A stretch of 64,000 nt of DNA from Parcubacteria group bacterium GW2011_GWC2_42_12. Lineage in GTDB: Bacteria; Patescibacteriota; Patescibacteriia; Patescibacteriales; GWC2-42-12. Positions 10,801 to 19,820 of the stretch are shown one piece after another. The DNA is taken from the NCBI GenBank assembly GCA_000997945.1, contig LCCP01000002.1, positions 14,284 to 78,283 on the forward strand, given 5' to 3'. Every line of letters starts with the position of its first letter. Position 1 is the first letter of the stretch. Under the pieces are notes generated by a model. The model was not told the origin of the DNA. It saw nothing but the letters and a program-made list of their open reading frames with translations, and did not search any database. The position numbers were made by a program, and so were the translations under genes.

Positions 10801-11295
10801 AAAGTTGCTCTTTTTGACGGCAAGTCCGGCGAGCCGTATGATAATAAGATTGTGATTGGCGTCCAATATATGCTGAAACTGAATCATATGGTGGAAGATA
10901 AGATGCACCAACGGTCAATCGGCCCGTATTCCTTGATCACCCAGCAGCCCTTAGGCGGCAAAGCCCAATTCGGCGGCCAGCGCTTTGGCGAAATGGAAGT
11001 TTGGGCTTTAGAAGCTTATGGAGCGGCGCATTGCCTGCAGGAGATTTTAACCATTAAATCGGATGATGTGCCGGGCCGGAGCAAGGCCTATGAATCGATT
11101 ATTAAGGGCGAACCGATCAGAAAGATAAACGTTCCGGAATCTTTTAATGTCTTAGTCAGGGAATTAAAGGGCCTGTGTTTGGATGTGGAGCTTATGCAGG
11201 GTGGCCAAGTAATAGATTTGGAACGGCAGGGGAATGATAAGCCCATGGCGGAAGGGGAGAGAAGAGAGGGCTTTGAGGCCAGAGAGCAGAAATAG
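7810..11295 (+). CDS. rpoB: DNA-directed RNA polymerase subunit beta
   Basis: NGIERVVVSQL, SQFMDQTNPL, GDKMAGRHGNKG, GGQRFGEMEVWALEAYGAA motifs. Confidence 0.99.
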   Translation: MTTKPKLELAGRKFFNETKVAIDLPDLIEIQKDSYNWFLREGLADLFQEISPVTDFIGRNLELSLEDYYLDEPKFDESESKSKNITYESSLRVKARLTNKKTGQTVVQEVFLGDFPLMTKNGTFIVNGIERVVVSQLIRSAGVIFTSEFIKGKKYYGAKVIPNRGAWLEIETDMNNVVWVRIDRKRKVAITSLFRAFGYSTDEEIKELFSGQAKDLKTALTEEGKTELSFIEATLAKDAAKNEAEGLKEVYKRIRPGDLATTDNARQLIHSMFFRFDRYDFDRVGRYKMNKKFGLDVPNDKANRVLRREDLVAIVKEVIRLNITQEKEDDIDHLSNRRVRAVGELIQNKFRVGLARMERIIRDRMSIMDIDSLTPNKLINARPVISVVKEFFMSSQLSQFMDQTNPLAELEHKRRLSAMGPGGLTRERAGFEVRDVHATHYSRICPIATPEGPNIGLVGHLASFARLNSYGFIEASYRVVLHDIDNKPEISEGKTAREDIYEIKGSSASSGQAKQGKLIIKAGEVIDKKTARELKEKLPHVTIPIAPVLTDEIIYLDAFEEEKYITTAATTPIDAAGHFTVLKAEVRKYGRPAMEVVEKIDLIGVAPNQIVSVATSLIPFLEHNDGIRALMGTNMQRQAVPLITSEAPVVGTGVERRAATDSGHIILAETDGEIVKMDGGAIEVKDKTGKISKYVLNKFLRSNASTCINQRPIVNRGDRIKPGDVLTNSSAVDHGELSLGRNVLVAFMSWEGFNYEDAIIISERLIKEDVYSSIHIEHYTIDVRDTKLGPELITNDIPNISEEKLKDLDERGIIRVGAEVSSGDILVGKITPKGETELSAEEKLLRAIFGEKAKDVRDSSLYLEHGEHGKVVDIKIFSREDGDKLSAGVIQSIQVTVANLRKIQIGDKMAGRHGNKGVISRIVPVEDMPCQADGTSIDIILSALGVISRMNLGQLLETHLGLAARKLNYQVAVPSLNGISEEQIKDELQKAGLPTDGKVALFDGKSGEPYDNKIVIGVQYMLKLNHMVEDKMHQRSIGPYSLITQQPLGGKAQFGGQRFGEMEVWALEAYGAAHCLQEILTIKSDDVPGRSKAYESIIKGEPIRKINVPESFNVLVRELKGLCLDVELMQGGQVIDLERQGNDKPMAEGERREGFEAREQK

Positions 11296-11318
11296 CAATA
11301 ATTTTTAAATTTTGTATT

Positions 11319-11506
11319 GTCATTGCGAGCGACCGAAGGGAGCGTGGTCGTCGCTACGCGAGATCTGGCGTAGTCATGACAATCTCACGAACGGCAATGT
11401 GTCTAATATAAATAGTGGCGAGATTTAATGAAATATAGACATTCGTGAGATTGCGAAGCTTGTCCCGAGCGATAGCGAGGGATCTGTGTTCGCTCCTCGC
11501 AACGAC
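11319..11506. repeat. GTCATTGCGAG-family inverted-repeat element (REPIN/MITE-like)
   Basis: GTCATTGCGAGCGACCGAAGGGAGCG ... GAGATTGC...CTCCTCGCAACGAC between rpoB and rpoC, with a nested GCTACGCGAGATCTGGCGTAG palindrome. Confidence 0.85.
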
Positions 11507-11517
11507 AATAATATATT

Positions 11518-14500
11518 ATGCTTAATCCAATTAAAACTTCCGATTTTGACGCCATTAAATTAAAATTAGCTTCGCCTGAAGTAATTTTAAATTGGTCGCA
11601 TGGCGAAGTCACCAGGCCGGAAACCATAAATTACCGAACGCAGAAACCGGAGAAAGACGGCTTGTTCTGCGAGCGCATTTTCGGGCCGTCCAAGGATTGG
11701 GAATGTTGTTGCGGCAAATACAAGAAAATTCGCTATAAAGGCATAATTTGCGATAAATGCGGGGTGGAGATTACGAGAAGCTTGGTTAGGCGCGAACGGA
11801 TGGGCCATATCAAGTTGGAAGCGCCGGTAACTCATATTTGGTTTTTAAGAGGAACATCTTCAAAAATCGGCTTAATCATGGATCTATCCATGCAGGCACT
11901 GGAGAAAGTGGTTTATTTCGCCAGTTTTATAATTTCTGATGTTAACGAGGAGCTACGGCTGGCTACCATTGAGCAAATTAAGCAAGAATATAAAAATAAA
12001 AGAAAGACCATTGAGCAAGATGGGCAGAAACAGATTAATGAGATCAAAAATAAAAAAGGCAAATTACTCACTCAAGGCAAGAGTGAATTTGAGATTGAAG
12101 ATATCCTAAGCGCGGAAATTGAGGTTTTAGAAAAGATCAGGAATGACAAATATAATGATTTAGAGCAAGCCTTTGACCAAGCGCAGAAGGAACTTAAGGA
12201 CTTAAAGCCGTTAACCATTATTTCCGAAAGCGTTTATCAAAATTTAAGCTTGAAATACGGCCATATCTTTACGGCCGATATTGGCGCCGATGCCGTCAGG
12301 AAGCTATTGGCCAAAGTTGATTTTGCTAAATTAATTCCCATGCTAGAAAAAGAATTAGCCGTGGCGATTGATTCAAAAAAAGATAAATTGATTAGACGTT
12401 TAAAGCTTTTAAAGAGCTTGCAGCAAAATAATTTAAGGCCCGAATGGATGATTTTGACCGTGGTGCCGGTAATACCGCCGGATCTCCGTCCTATGGTGCC
12501 GCTGGACGGCGGCCGGTTCGCCACCTCCGACTTAAATGATTTGTATCGCCGGATTATTAACCGCAATAATCGCTTAAGGCAGCTCTTAGATCTTAACGCG
12601 CCCGAGGTTATTTGCCGCAATGAAAAAAGAATGCTGCAGGAGGCGGTGGACGCGCTGGTAGATAATTCCATCAGGCACGGCAAGACCGTGGTGGCTTCAA
12701 CCGGGCAAAAAAGAATGCTTAAGTCGTTGGCTGATTCGCTTAAAGGCAAGCAAGGCCGGTTCAGGCAGAATTTATTAGGCAAGAGAGTGGATTATTCCGG
12801 CCGCAGCGTCATCGTGGTTAATCCTAATTTAAAATTGGACCAATGCGGTTTGCCCAAGCGCATGGCTTTAGAGTTATTTAAGCCCTTTATTATTTCCCAG
12901 CTCATCAATAAAGAGATTGTTCATAATGTTAGAAGCGCTTCTCGTTTTATTGAATCCGGGAAAGAGGAAGTTTGGGATATTCTGGAAGACATTGTTAAGA
13001 ACGCTTATGTCTTCCTCAATCGCGCGCCGACCCTGCATCGCTTAGGCATCCAGGCCTTTAAGCCGATCTTAATTGAAGGTTTGGCTTTGCAGATTCATCC
13101 GCTCGTTTGTACGGCTTTTAACGCCGACTTTGACGGCGATCAAATGGCCGTTCATGTGCCTTTGACCGAGGAAGCTATCGCCGAAGCTCGCGACATTATG
13201 CTTTCTAGCCACAATCTGCTTAAGCCGGCTACTGGCGACCCGGTAGTAACACCCAACCAAGATATTGTCTGGGGAGCTTTTTATATTACCAATATCGGTC
13301 CAGATTACGCGGCCGTTGATGGAACCAAATTAAAGAATTTTTACGCGCCCGAAGACGCCATGCTGTCCTATAACCTGGAAAATATAAAATTGCAGCAAAA
13401 GATCAGGGTGATGATTAACGGCAAGTTTATCATCACTTCGGTCGGCCGGATTATTTTTAACGAAGCTCTGCCGGTTAAGCTTAGGTTTGTCAACGAAGTC
13501 GTGGGCAAGAGCCGGTTAAGGAATCTAATCAAGGAATGTTTAAGGCACTTTGGCGAGCAAGCGACCATTGATTTATTGGATAAGATTAAAAATACCAGCT
13601 TTAAATATATTACTAAGAGCGGATTATCTTGGGGCATGGATGATATACCTCATCTTTATGAAAAGGATCAGATGATTGTTAATGCTACGGCTCAAGCCGA
13701 AGAAATCGGCGAACAATATCGCGACGGGCTCTTAACCGATAGCGAGCGCTATTCTAAAATTATTGAGCTTTGGACCACGGTTAAAGAGAAGGTTACGGAA
13801 ATTTGCCGTAATCATTTGCCTAAGGACGGACCGGTTTTTTCCATGATTGAATCAGGCGCGCGCGGTTCCTGGGCGCAGTTAACGCAGATTTTGGGCATGA
13901 AGGGCTTGGTAACCTCTCCTTCGGGCGATATTATTGAATTGCCGGTGACGGGTAATTTTAAAAAAGGTTTTAGCGTTTTGGAATATTTTATCGCCACGCA
14001 CGGCGTCCGCAAGGGTTTATCCGATACGGCTTTGAGAACCTCTAACGCCGGTTATTTAACCAGGCGTTTAGTCGATGTTTCCCAGGATATTATCGTGGTG
14101 AATGACGATTGCGGCGACAAAGAAGGGTTATTGATTGTTAAGAAAGAAAGCGAAGAAATGGGCGAGAATTTAGTTAAGCGCATGACCGGCAGATTTTTGG
14201 CGGCTGATTTAAAGAATAAGGCCGGTAAAGTTTTGTTAAAGACCGGCGAGCTCGTAACCGAGGATATCGCGGATAAAATTGCTAAAGAAGATATCAGAGA
14301 AGTGAAAGTTAGGTCAGTCCTGACCTGTAAAATACATCGCGGTATTTGCTCAAAATGCTATGGTTACGATTTGGCCTATAACAAACCGGTGAAAATCGGC
14401 ACGGCCGTAGGTATCATCGCCGCCCAATCCATCGGCGAACCGGGTACGCAGCTTACCATGAGAACTTTCCATACCGGCGGTGTGGCCGGCCAGGAAGATA

Positions 14501-15519
14501 TTACCCAGGGTCTGCCGCGCGTAGAAGAAATATTTGAAGCCAGGCCGCCGAAGAAGAAGGCCTTTATCGCTGATGTTGCCGGTACGGTTAAGATTGAAAC
14601 CGGTCAAAGAACCATTACCAATGAAACCGGCGAGATGATTATCTCTAATCCCCAGGCCAAGATTTTAAAAGTCTATTATCAAGGTTTGGAGACCGAAAAA
14701 TACCATTTTGCCGAAGCGATTCGCGAGGCCGTGCTGGAGAGCAAGACCAATAAGAAACAAGAAGTTCACCCCGTTAAATCCCGCAAGGCGGGAATTCTGC
14801 CGAAAGCAGAATTATTTAACGGGGTAGAAATCTTAGTTAAAGATGGCGTTACGGTTAATAAAAATAGCGAGTTATTTTCCATCGGCAAGAAAGTTTTTAA
14901 AGCTAGGCAATCAGGCATCGTAAAAATAGAAGATAAATTAATTAAAGTCATGAGCCAAGCGGAAAAGACTAAAGAATATGTCGTGCCTAAGGGCTTTGGC
15001 ATTTGGGTTAAGGACGGCGAAGAGATTAAGATCGGCGATCAGCTGACCGACGGCTCGCTGGATCTGCATCAATTGTATAATTTGCGCGACAAGTTGGAAG
15101 TGCAAAAGTATATTATTAAAGAGATTCAATATGTTTATTCTTCCCAGGGCCAGCCTTTGAATGACAAGCATATAGAGATTATCGCGCGCCAGATGTTCGC
15201 CCGGGTTTATGTTAATGATGCCGGCACGACTGAATTATTGCCCGGCGAAATCGTGGAAAAAGCGATTTTTGACCGCGTCAACGATGAAGCAAATCTCGCC
15301 GGAAAGAAAGAAGCCAAAGGCGAAGAACTATTATTAGGTATTACCAAGTCATCGTTAACCACTAATAGCTTTTTATCGGCCGCTTCATTTCAAGAGACGG
15401 CCAGAGTTTTGATTGACGCGGCCGTCACCGGTAAGATTGATTATCTTGAAGGCCTAAAAGAGAATGTCATAATCGGCCGGCCGATTCCGGCCGGAACCGG
15501 GTATCGGGCGCAAGTATAA
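11518..15519 (+). CDS. rpoC: DNA-directed RNA polymerase subunit beta'
   Basis: Zn-finger region, GKRVDYSGRSVI, catalytic NADFDGDQM, GEPGTQLTMRTFH, SFLSAASFQET. Confidence 0.99.
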   Translation: MLNPIKTSDFDAIKLKLASPEVILNWSHGEVTRPETINYRTQKPEKDGLFCERIFGPSKDWECCCGKYKKIRYKGIICDKCGVEITRSLVRRERMGHIKLEAPVTHIWFLRGTSSKIGLIMDLSMQALEKVVYFASFIISDVNEELRLATIEQIKQEYKNKRKTIEQDGQKQINEIKNKKGKLLTQGKSEFEIEDILSAEIEVLEKIRNDKYNDLEQAFDQAQKELKDLKPLTIISESVYQNLSLKYGHIFTADIGADAVRKLLAKVDFAKLIPMLEKELAVAIDSKKDKLIRRLKLLKSLQQNNLRPEWMILTVVPVIPPDLRPMVPLDGGRFATSDLNDLYRRIINRNNRLRQLLDLNAPEVICRNEKRMLQEAVDALVDNSIRHGKTVVASTGQKRMLKSLADSLKGKQGRFRQNLLGKRVDYSGRSVIVVNPNLKLDQCGLPKRMALELFKPFIISQLINKEIVHNVRSASRFIESGKEEVWDILEDIVKNAYVFLNRAPTLHRLGIQAFKPILIEGLALQIHPLVCTAFNADFDGDQMAVHVPLTEEAIAEARDIMLSSHNLLKPATGDPVVTPNQDIVWGAFYITNIGPDYAAVDGTKLKNFYAPEDAMLSYNLENIKLQQKIRVMINGKFIITSVGRIIFNEALPVKLRFVNEVVGKSRLRNLIKECLRHFGEQATIDLLDKIKNTSFKYITKSGLSWGMDDIPHLYEKDQMIVNATAQAEEIGEQYRDGLLTDSERYSKIIELWTTVKEKVTEICRNHLPKDGPVFSMIESGARGSWAQLTQILGMKGLVTSPSGDIIELPVTGNFKKGFSVLEYFIATHGVRKGLSDTALRTSNAGYLTRRLVDVSQDIIVVNDDCGDKEGLLIVKKESEEMGENLVKRMTGRFLAADLKNKAGKVLLKTGELVTEDIADKIAKEDIREVKVRSVLTCKIHRGICSKCYGYDLAYNKPVKIGTAVGIIAAQSIGEPGTQLTMRTFHTGGVAGQEDITQGLPRVEEIFEARPPKKKAFIADVAGTVKIETGQRTITNETGEMIISNPQAKILKVYYQGLETEKYHFAEAIREAVLESKTNKKQEVHPVKSRKAGILPKAELFNGVEILVKDGVTVNKNSELFSIGKKVFKARQSGIVKIEDKLIKVMSQAEKTKEYVVPKGFGIWVKDGEEIKIGDQLTDGSLDLHQLYNLRDKLEVQKYIIKEIQYVYSSQGQPLNDKHIEIIARQMFARVYVNDAGTTELLPGEIVEKAIFDRVNDEANLAGKKEAKGEELLLGITKSSLTTNSFLSAASFQETARVLIDAAVTGKIDYLEGLKENVIIGRPIPAGTGYRAQV

Positions 15520-15525
15520 TATTAT

Positions 15526-15706
15526 GTCATTGCGAGGAGCTCCGCCAGCGGGCGGAGCGACGCGGCAATCTCTGGTTAGAAAGAAAGACGAGAATAAGAA
15601 AATGCGTTATTAACAAGATAAGATTTTGCTTAGAAGTATTTACAAATGATGTTTGCATGCGCTTTTGACCAGAGATTGCTTCGTCGCTGACGCTCCTCGC
15701 AATGAC
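15526..15706. repeat. GTCATTGCGAG-family inverted-repeat element
   Basis: Same terminal arms; ~100-bp AT-rich spacer related to those at 18035, 23976 and 43321. Confidence 0.85.
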
Positions 15707-15740
15707 AATTCACATTATTTATTTGTTCTTTTAGATATCA

Positions 15741-15785
15741 AAAACAAAAAAGGCATTGTGGTTAAACCCGATGCCTTTTTTGTTT
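15741..15785. terminator. Bidirectional intrinsic terminator
   Basis: AAACAAAAAAGGCAT...ATGCCTTTTTTGTTT between convergent rpoC and the 15807 gene. Confidence 0.75.
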
Positions 15786-15806
15786 AGACAATAGACAAAA
15801 CTATTT

Positions 15807-16628
15807 TTATAATTGACGGATTCTTTCCGAATAGGCAGTAAGAGGCATCTTATGAATAGAGTCTCTCAAGTCCTCCTTAGAAACATTAAACGCGTCAAGA
15901 GTTCCTCTTAGGGCGGATACGGCTACTGCCCAGGCGTCTCGCTCTTCCTTTAAAACATTTTTTCCGGCAAACTCGTTAAGTTTTTGGGGTAAGAAAAAGT
16001 GGAGGTATGGTGAATTATAAATTTTTCTGGCCGTCGATTGTTTCACTGCCGTCCCTAGACCTTTTAGGGCTCCCCCGAGAGTGTCAGAATCAGAAATAAT
16101 TTTTTGCACAACTGTTGTATGACCTATCTCATGCAAAAGAGTCATTATACCCAGGAAGCTGTTAGGAGAAAAATAACAAAACACTTTATTTTTAGCTAAA
16201 CTGCTATGGAAATTTTTATTATCTATGGCAAAAAATATATCACGAACTTCAAAATCTTTCATTAAATCCAGTTCATTACCCGACGGATTATCAATCGAAA
16301 GACCTACCAATCGTCGGAATTTACCGGCTTCAATATCTTGTTTAAGCGATTCGGGGATTTCGTTTGAGGTTGAATAGGAATTAATCTCCTGCTCGCTTAA
16401 TGTTTCGTAAGTATACTCTAGCGTCCAGCCGTCTTTTAATTCAACTTTTTCTTTACCACTTTTTCCGTATTCAATATTGGGGTTAAATAAGCGGCGTACA
16501 CTTTCCGGATGCTGTTCAAAATGTTCCTGTTTGGTTTTGTGTTTTTCCTTGTCTGGCAAGGGAGGCTCAAGACGTCTTTCAAGGTAATTTTTTTTTGGAG
16601 CTTCAAATTTTGGCATTTCAATTCCCAT
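15807..16628 (-). CDS. Hypothetical protein with HExxH (zincin-like) motif
   Basis: LLHEIGH plus downstream EERDAW helix, typical of zincin-like domains. Confidence 0.6.
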   Translation of the reverse strand: MGIEMPKFEAPKKNYLERRLEPPLPDKEKHKTKQEHFEQHPESVRRLFNPNIEYGKSGKEKVELKDGWTLEYTYETLSEQEINSYSTSNEIPESLKQDIEAGKFRRLVGLSIDNPSGNELDLMKDFEVRDIFFAIDNKNFHSSLAKNKVFCYFSPNSFLGIMTLLHEIGHTTVVQKIISDSDTLGGALKGLGTAVKQSTARKIYNSPYLHFFLPQKLNEFAGKNVLKEERDAWAVAVSALRGTLDAFNVSKEDLRDSIHKMPLTAYSERIRQL

Positions 16629-16641
16629 AGCATTGATTTCA

Positions 16642-17577
16642 TTACAAATTATATTTTTTCGCGTTTTCGTCGGCCAGATGCTGGATATAAGCGATTTGCT
16701 CTTTGCCGCGTTGGTCTTTGAATAAATGTTTAAATCGGCCTTGGGGCTTTAAATAATCTTCAACGCGCGGCGGCTGGGCTGGCCGTTTCATAACCTCGCC
16801 CAGTTGGCCGTTAATATATTCCACTACCGGGTAGATGCCGGTTAGGGCGGCTAATTTAGCCAGCTCGATTGTGTCCTTAGGTTCGGTTTTCCAACCCGGA
16901 ATGCAAGGCACGAGAATCTGTAAGTAAGACGGGCCGGCCGCGGCCGCGGCCCTTTTAACTTTTTTTATAATATCCAGGGGGTAGGCGACCGTGGTTTGCG
17001 CCACATATTTTAGGCCATGAGCCAAAGCCACGGCCAGCATGTCTTTTTTCATAAAATGCGAGCCTATGCCGACGAGATCTGGCGATTTGCCGGCCGGCGT
17101 GGTTGTAGTATTGGCCGCCCAAGGCGTGGCCGCGGATGCCTGGGCGCCGGTGTTCATATAGCCCTCATTGTCATAGCAAACATATAAAATATTTTCGCCC
17201 CGTTCCCACAGGCCGCTAATCAGGCCGAAACCAATATCAAAAGTGCCGCCGTCGCCGCCTTGGGCAACCACAAAAATTTTCGAATTACGATTTTCGATTT
17301 TCGATTTGTAGTCCAGCGCCGCTCTAATTCCGCTGGCGACAGGCGCCGCGTTTTCAAATAGCGAATGTATCCAGGGCAGACCCCAGGAGCTTTCCGGATA
17401 GGCGGTGGTGACGACTTCTAAGCAGCCGGTGGCGTTAGCGATAATCGTCTTCGGGCCTAAAGCGTCGGCAACTAAGCGGGCCGCGATCATCTGGCCGCAG
17501 CCGGCGCAGGCGCGGTGGCCGGGAGAGAGCAGAGTTTTTGGCGGTGTTAGTGTAATTTTATTTATAGTGATTGGCAT
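16642..17577 (-). CDS. porB: Pyruvate:ferredoxin oxidoreductase beta subunit
   Basis: PGHRACAGCG, NATGCLEV, TPP motif GGDGG...YDNEGYMNTG. Confidence 0.93.
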   Translation of the reverse strand: MPITINKITLTPPKTLLSPGHRACAGCGQMIAARLVADALGPKTIIANATGCLEVVTTAYPESSWGLPWIHSLFENAAPVASGIRAALDYKSKIENRNSKIFVVAQGGDGGTFDIGFGLISGLWERGENILYVCYDNEGYMNTGAQASAATPWAANTTTTPAGKSPDLVGIGSHFMKKDMLAVALAHGLKYVAQTTVAYPLDIIKKVKRAAAAAGPSYLQILVPCIPGWKTEPKDTIELAKLAALTGIYPVVEYINGQLGEVMKRPAQPPRVEDYLKPQGRFKHLFKDQRGKEQIAYIQHLADENAKKYNL

Positions 17578-17589
17578 AATTTTTATTAG

Positions 17590-17815
17590 TTTAAAATGTA
17601 AAAATTAAAGTTGAAAATGACAGTTAAAAATGTAAAGTGAAAATTTCGCTTGATTGTCATTGCGAGCGATTGAAAGGAGCGAAGCAATCCCTGGTTCGAA
17701 GGGATTTACCAGAGATTGCTTCGTCGCCCTGAGTACAGGGCTCCTCGCAATGACAAAAGAATTTTAAATTTTACACTGTCATTTTACATTTTGAGATTTC
17801 AATTTTACATTTTTT
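17590..17815. repeat. AAAATGTAAA/AAAATGACA-type flank repeats enclosing a GTCATTGCGAG element (17656-17754)
   Basis: aaaatgtaaa...aaaatgacag on the left and ctgtcattttacattt on the right, with a complete short element in between. Confidence 0.7.
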
Positions 17816-18024
17816 TAATTCGTTTCCATTATTTGTTTTTTTATACTCTCAAGTTTTATTTTATTTTTTTGCTCCACAAATTTAGAGGCATTGAGGATTT
17901 CAATTAGCACCGGTTTTTTACCTTTGGAAAGGTGAATTATAAAATTTCCGAGTTCCAAACAATGGTCAATCGGATCTTTGGCTATTTCCCAACTTAAGAT
18001 ATTGGTTTCAATATCGTATTGCAT
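17815..18024 (-). CDS. DUF2283-like small protein (putative antitoxin)
   Basis: MQYDIETNILSWEI...GKKPVLIEILNASKF matches the YD...IEILDAS pattern; true ATG at 18024. Confidence 0.7.
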   Translation of the reverse strand: MQYDIETNILSWEIAKDPIDHCLELGNFIIHLSKGKKPVLIEILNASKFVEQKNKIKLESIKKQIMETN

Positions 18025-18034
18025 ATCTTTGTTT

Positions 18035-18213
18035 GTCATTGCGAGCTTCTGAAAGAAGCGAAGCAATCTCTGGTTAGAAATGTTTTATTAGTTTAAAGTT
18101 AAATTTCCCCAAACAAAATTTAATTTGTTAATCAGGGCTATTTCCTTTTTTCCATTTTTCTTTCTTACCAGAGATTGCTTCGTCTCCGCCGGCTGGCGGA
18201 TCCTCGCAATGAC
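18035..18213. repeat. GTCATTGCGAG-family inverted-repeat element
   Basis: Same arms; minus-strand spacer reads KKEIALINKLNFVWGNL. Confidence 0.85.
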
Positions 18214-18222
18214 AAATAGGAG

Positions 18223-18438
18223 CTATTTCACCGGAAAGAAAGTCATGATTTTTAAAATATCTCCGTCTTTTTTATAAATAACTTTTATGCCTTCCTTTTG
18301 CGCCGCCATTAGCTTGCCCTTGCGATTTTGTTTTTCCGGCGCGGCCACGGCGTCTTCAACCTGTTCGCGCGTAAAAAAAACCTTATGTCTATTTAAAATA
18401 TCAAATTTTTGTTCGGCGTATTTTGTGAAATAAAACAT
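18223..18438 (-). CDS. DUF4258/BrnT-like small protein (putative RelE-fold toxin)
   Basis: FTKYAEQKF...EQVEDAVAAPE...IKVIY...IMTFFP; upstream of a DUF2283-like gene, a common pairing. Confidence 0.65.
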   Translation of the reverse strand: MFYFTKYAEQKFDILNRHKVFFTREQVEDAVAAPEKQNRKGKLMAAQKEGIKVIYKKDGDILKIMTFFPVK

Positions 18439-18442
18439 AAAT

Positions 18443-18844
18443 TTAAATTAACTTAACTCTTTTATATAAATATACATCGGCTATGGCAAAGATTTTCTTC
18501 GTCCAGGAGAGAAATTCATCGGCCTCTTTCTTAGAAATAAGCGCGCCACCGCCATAAAGATCCCAGTTTCGCTTGGCGCGCATTTCTTGGCCGATAATTA
18601 TTATATCTTGCTCTTTTATGATTTCTGACAGCTTGTTTATCAGCTCGGCCTGGTGCCCTTGGCGCGATTTCACCCGCAGATTATTTTTAGCGCAAACGGC
18701 GATAGCCAATTTCAGCAAAGCGTCATAGGAGAATTTAAAAATAACTTCCGGAATGTCCGAAGTTTGGGCGATCTTTAGATCGCGCGCTGCGGATTTATAG
18801 TATTGATCAATTTGCCTTGAGGTAAAAGCGAATTTTTCAAACAT
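18443..18844 (-). CDS. HEPN-domain protein
   Basis: A..DL..A / Y.A N-terminal helices, GH motif and RNWDLY (R-x4-Y) motif; translationally coupled to an MNT gene. Confidence 0.7.
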   Translation of the reverse strand: MFEKFAFTSRQIDQYYKSAARDLKIAQTSDIPEVIFKFSYDALLKLAIAVCAKNNLRVKSRQGHQAELINKLSEIIKEQDIIIIGQEMRAKRNWDLYGGGALISKKEADEFLSWTKKIFAIADVYLYKRVKLI

Positions 18845-19389
18845 TAGATTAGTTTTATGGTTTTATGGCCGAAAATATTGGCTATTAATTCGTCTTTTTG
18901 TTTTTTCCTTTTTTTAAGATCCGCCGCGGTTAGGTCAATGATATTAAACTCTCTCTTGAATTCCTTTTCCGTTTTAATCAGCAATCTTTTAGCTTCGATT
19001 GAAGAATGGCTGCCGATGAGGAGGATATCAATATCGCTGGCCGGCCCGAATTTATTATTGGCGTAGGAACCGAAAATATAAGCGTTGGTTAATTCGGGCA
19101 GATCTTTAAGCAGAGCCGTCAGCCGATTTTCCAGGCCATATTTTAAATGATAGAGTTTTTTTAATTCGTTTAACAGGGGATAGCGCCGATTTAGAGAATA
19201 ATGCCTTTGGTTGCCGATTGGCTTGGAGATTAAAACATTTTCCTTTTCCAGTTCTTTTAATTTTCTGTCTAAGTTGCCCGGGTCAAGAGAGAGCGCTCTA
19301 GCCAGTTCGTTGATGTAGTGTTCGGCGCCGGTATTGACGAAGTAATAGCCAAGCAATTTTTCGGTAATTTTTGATTTGAAATCAAGCAT
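18844..19389 (-). CDS. wHTH + nucleotidyltransferase (MNT) protein
   Basis: N-terminal ELARAL...LKELE wHTH, then FGSYA...SDIDILLIG; likely ATG 19389. Confidence 0.85.
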   Translation of the reverse strand: MLDFKSKITEKLLGYYFVNTGAEHYINELARALSLDPGNLDRKLKELEKENVLISKPIGNQRHYSLNRRYPLLNELKKLYHLKYGLENRLTALLKDLPELTNAYIFGSYANNKFGPASDIDILLIGSHSSIEAKRLLIKTEKEFKREFNIIDLTAADLKKRKKQKDELIANIFGHKTIKLI

Positions 19390-19392
19390 ATT

Positions 19393-19436
19393 TTTATTGT
19401 AAATATTTACAATAATCATTGTATATTATTACAATA
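19393..19436. promoter_or_regulatory. Palindromic operator TTGTAAATATTTACAA upstream of the HTH-MNT gene
   Basis: Perfect palindrome ATTGTAAATATTTACAAT plus a second degenerate ATTGTA...TACAAT; a copy occurs at ~20229-20265. Confidence 0.6.
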
Positions 19437-19448
19437 GAATTATCAAGT

Positions 19449-19526
19449 CTGTCCGCGCGTCAGAAATATTTTATGTTTATTTAAAATATCAAATTTTTGC
19501 TCGGCGTATTTAGTAAAATAGATCAT
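19449..19526 (-). pseudogene. 5' fragment (copy 2) of the DUF4258-like gene
   Basis: MIYFTKYAEQKFDILNKHKIFLTRGQ versus MFYFTKYAEQKFDILNRHKVFFTREQ at 18438. Confidence 0.8.
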
Positions 19527-19542
19527 ATATCAATTTGATATG

Positions 19543-19650
19543 TTATAACCGCGACAGCACCTCTTTAATATCAATTCCGCCTTTTTTTATTTTGGTAAAA
19601 TCAATGACTTTTTTCCATGGCTTGCCGGCCGTCTTTTTGTTTCTTCTCAT
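19543..19650 (-). pseudogene. 35-aa ORF, probable C-terminal remnant of an antitoxin
   Basis: MRRNKKTAGKPWKKVIDFTKIKKGGIDIKEVLSRL*; resembles from memory the tails of CPR Phd/YefM-like antitoxins (not searched). Confidence 0.4.
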
Positions 19651-19684
19651 AGTTATTCTCTAATTTTAGGTATTTTTTTAGCTA

Positions 19685-19712
19685 TTGACATCATATTAAA
19701 TTGTGCTATACT
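19685..19712 (+). promoter_or_regulatory. Sigma70-type promoter of the small antisense RNA
   Basis: TTGACA (19685-90), 16 nt, TGn-TATACT (19707-12); predicted start ~19719-19720. Confidence 0.7.
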
Positions 19713-19719
19713 AATCATA

Positions 19720-19797
19720 GGTATCAATCAGTGGAACTCTAGTGTCCGAAGCATCTTTAATAACAATTTCAAATTTTTGGGGTTGTTATTTTTTTTG
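19720..19797 (+). ncRNA. Putative small RNA antisense to the anticodon arm of the downstream tRNA-like gene
   Basis: Bounded by the promoter and an AATAACAATTTCAA/TTGGGGTTGTTATT-T6 terminator; 5' GGTATCAATCAGTG is the exact reverse complement of 19849-19862. Confidence 0.6.
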
Positions 19798-19820
19798 TGC
19801 TAAAATAATAATCGTGGTAG

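Noticed and set aside
7810-15519. Numerous antisense ORFs within rpoB, rpoC, leuS, topA and the giant genes
   Set aside because: Shadow frames of long conserved genes with no independent evidence
19733-19747. GGAA-CTCTAGT-GTCC as an amber (CUA) anticodon hairpin in the small RNA
   Set aside because: Only 3 WC pairs; indistinguishable from chance
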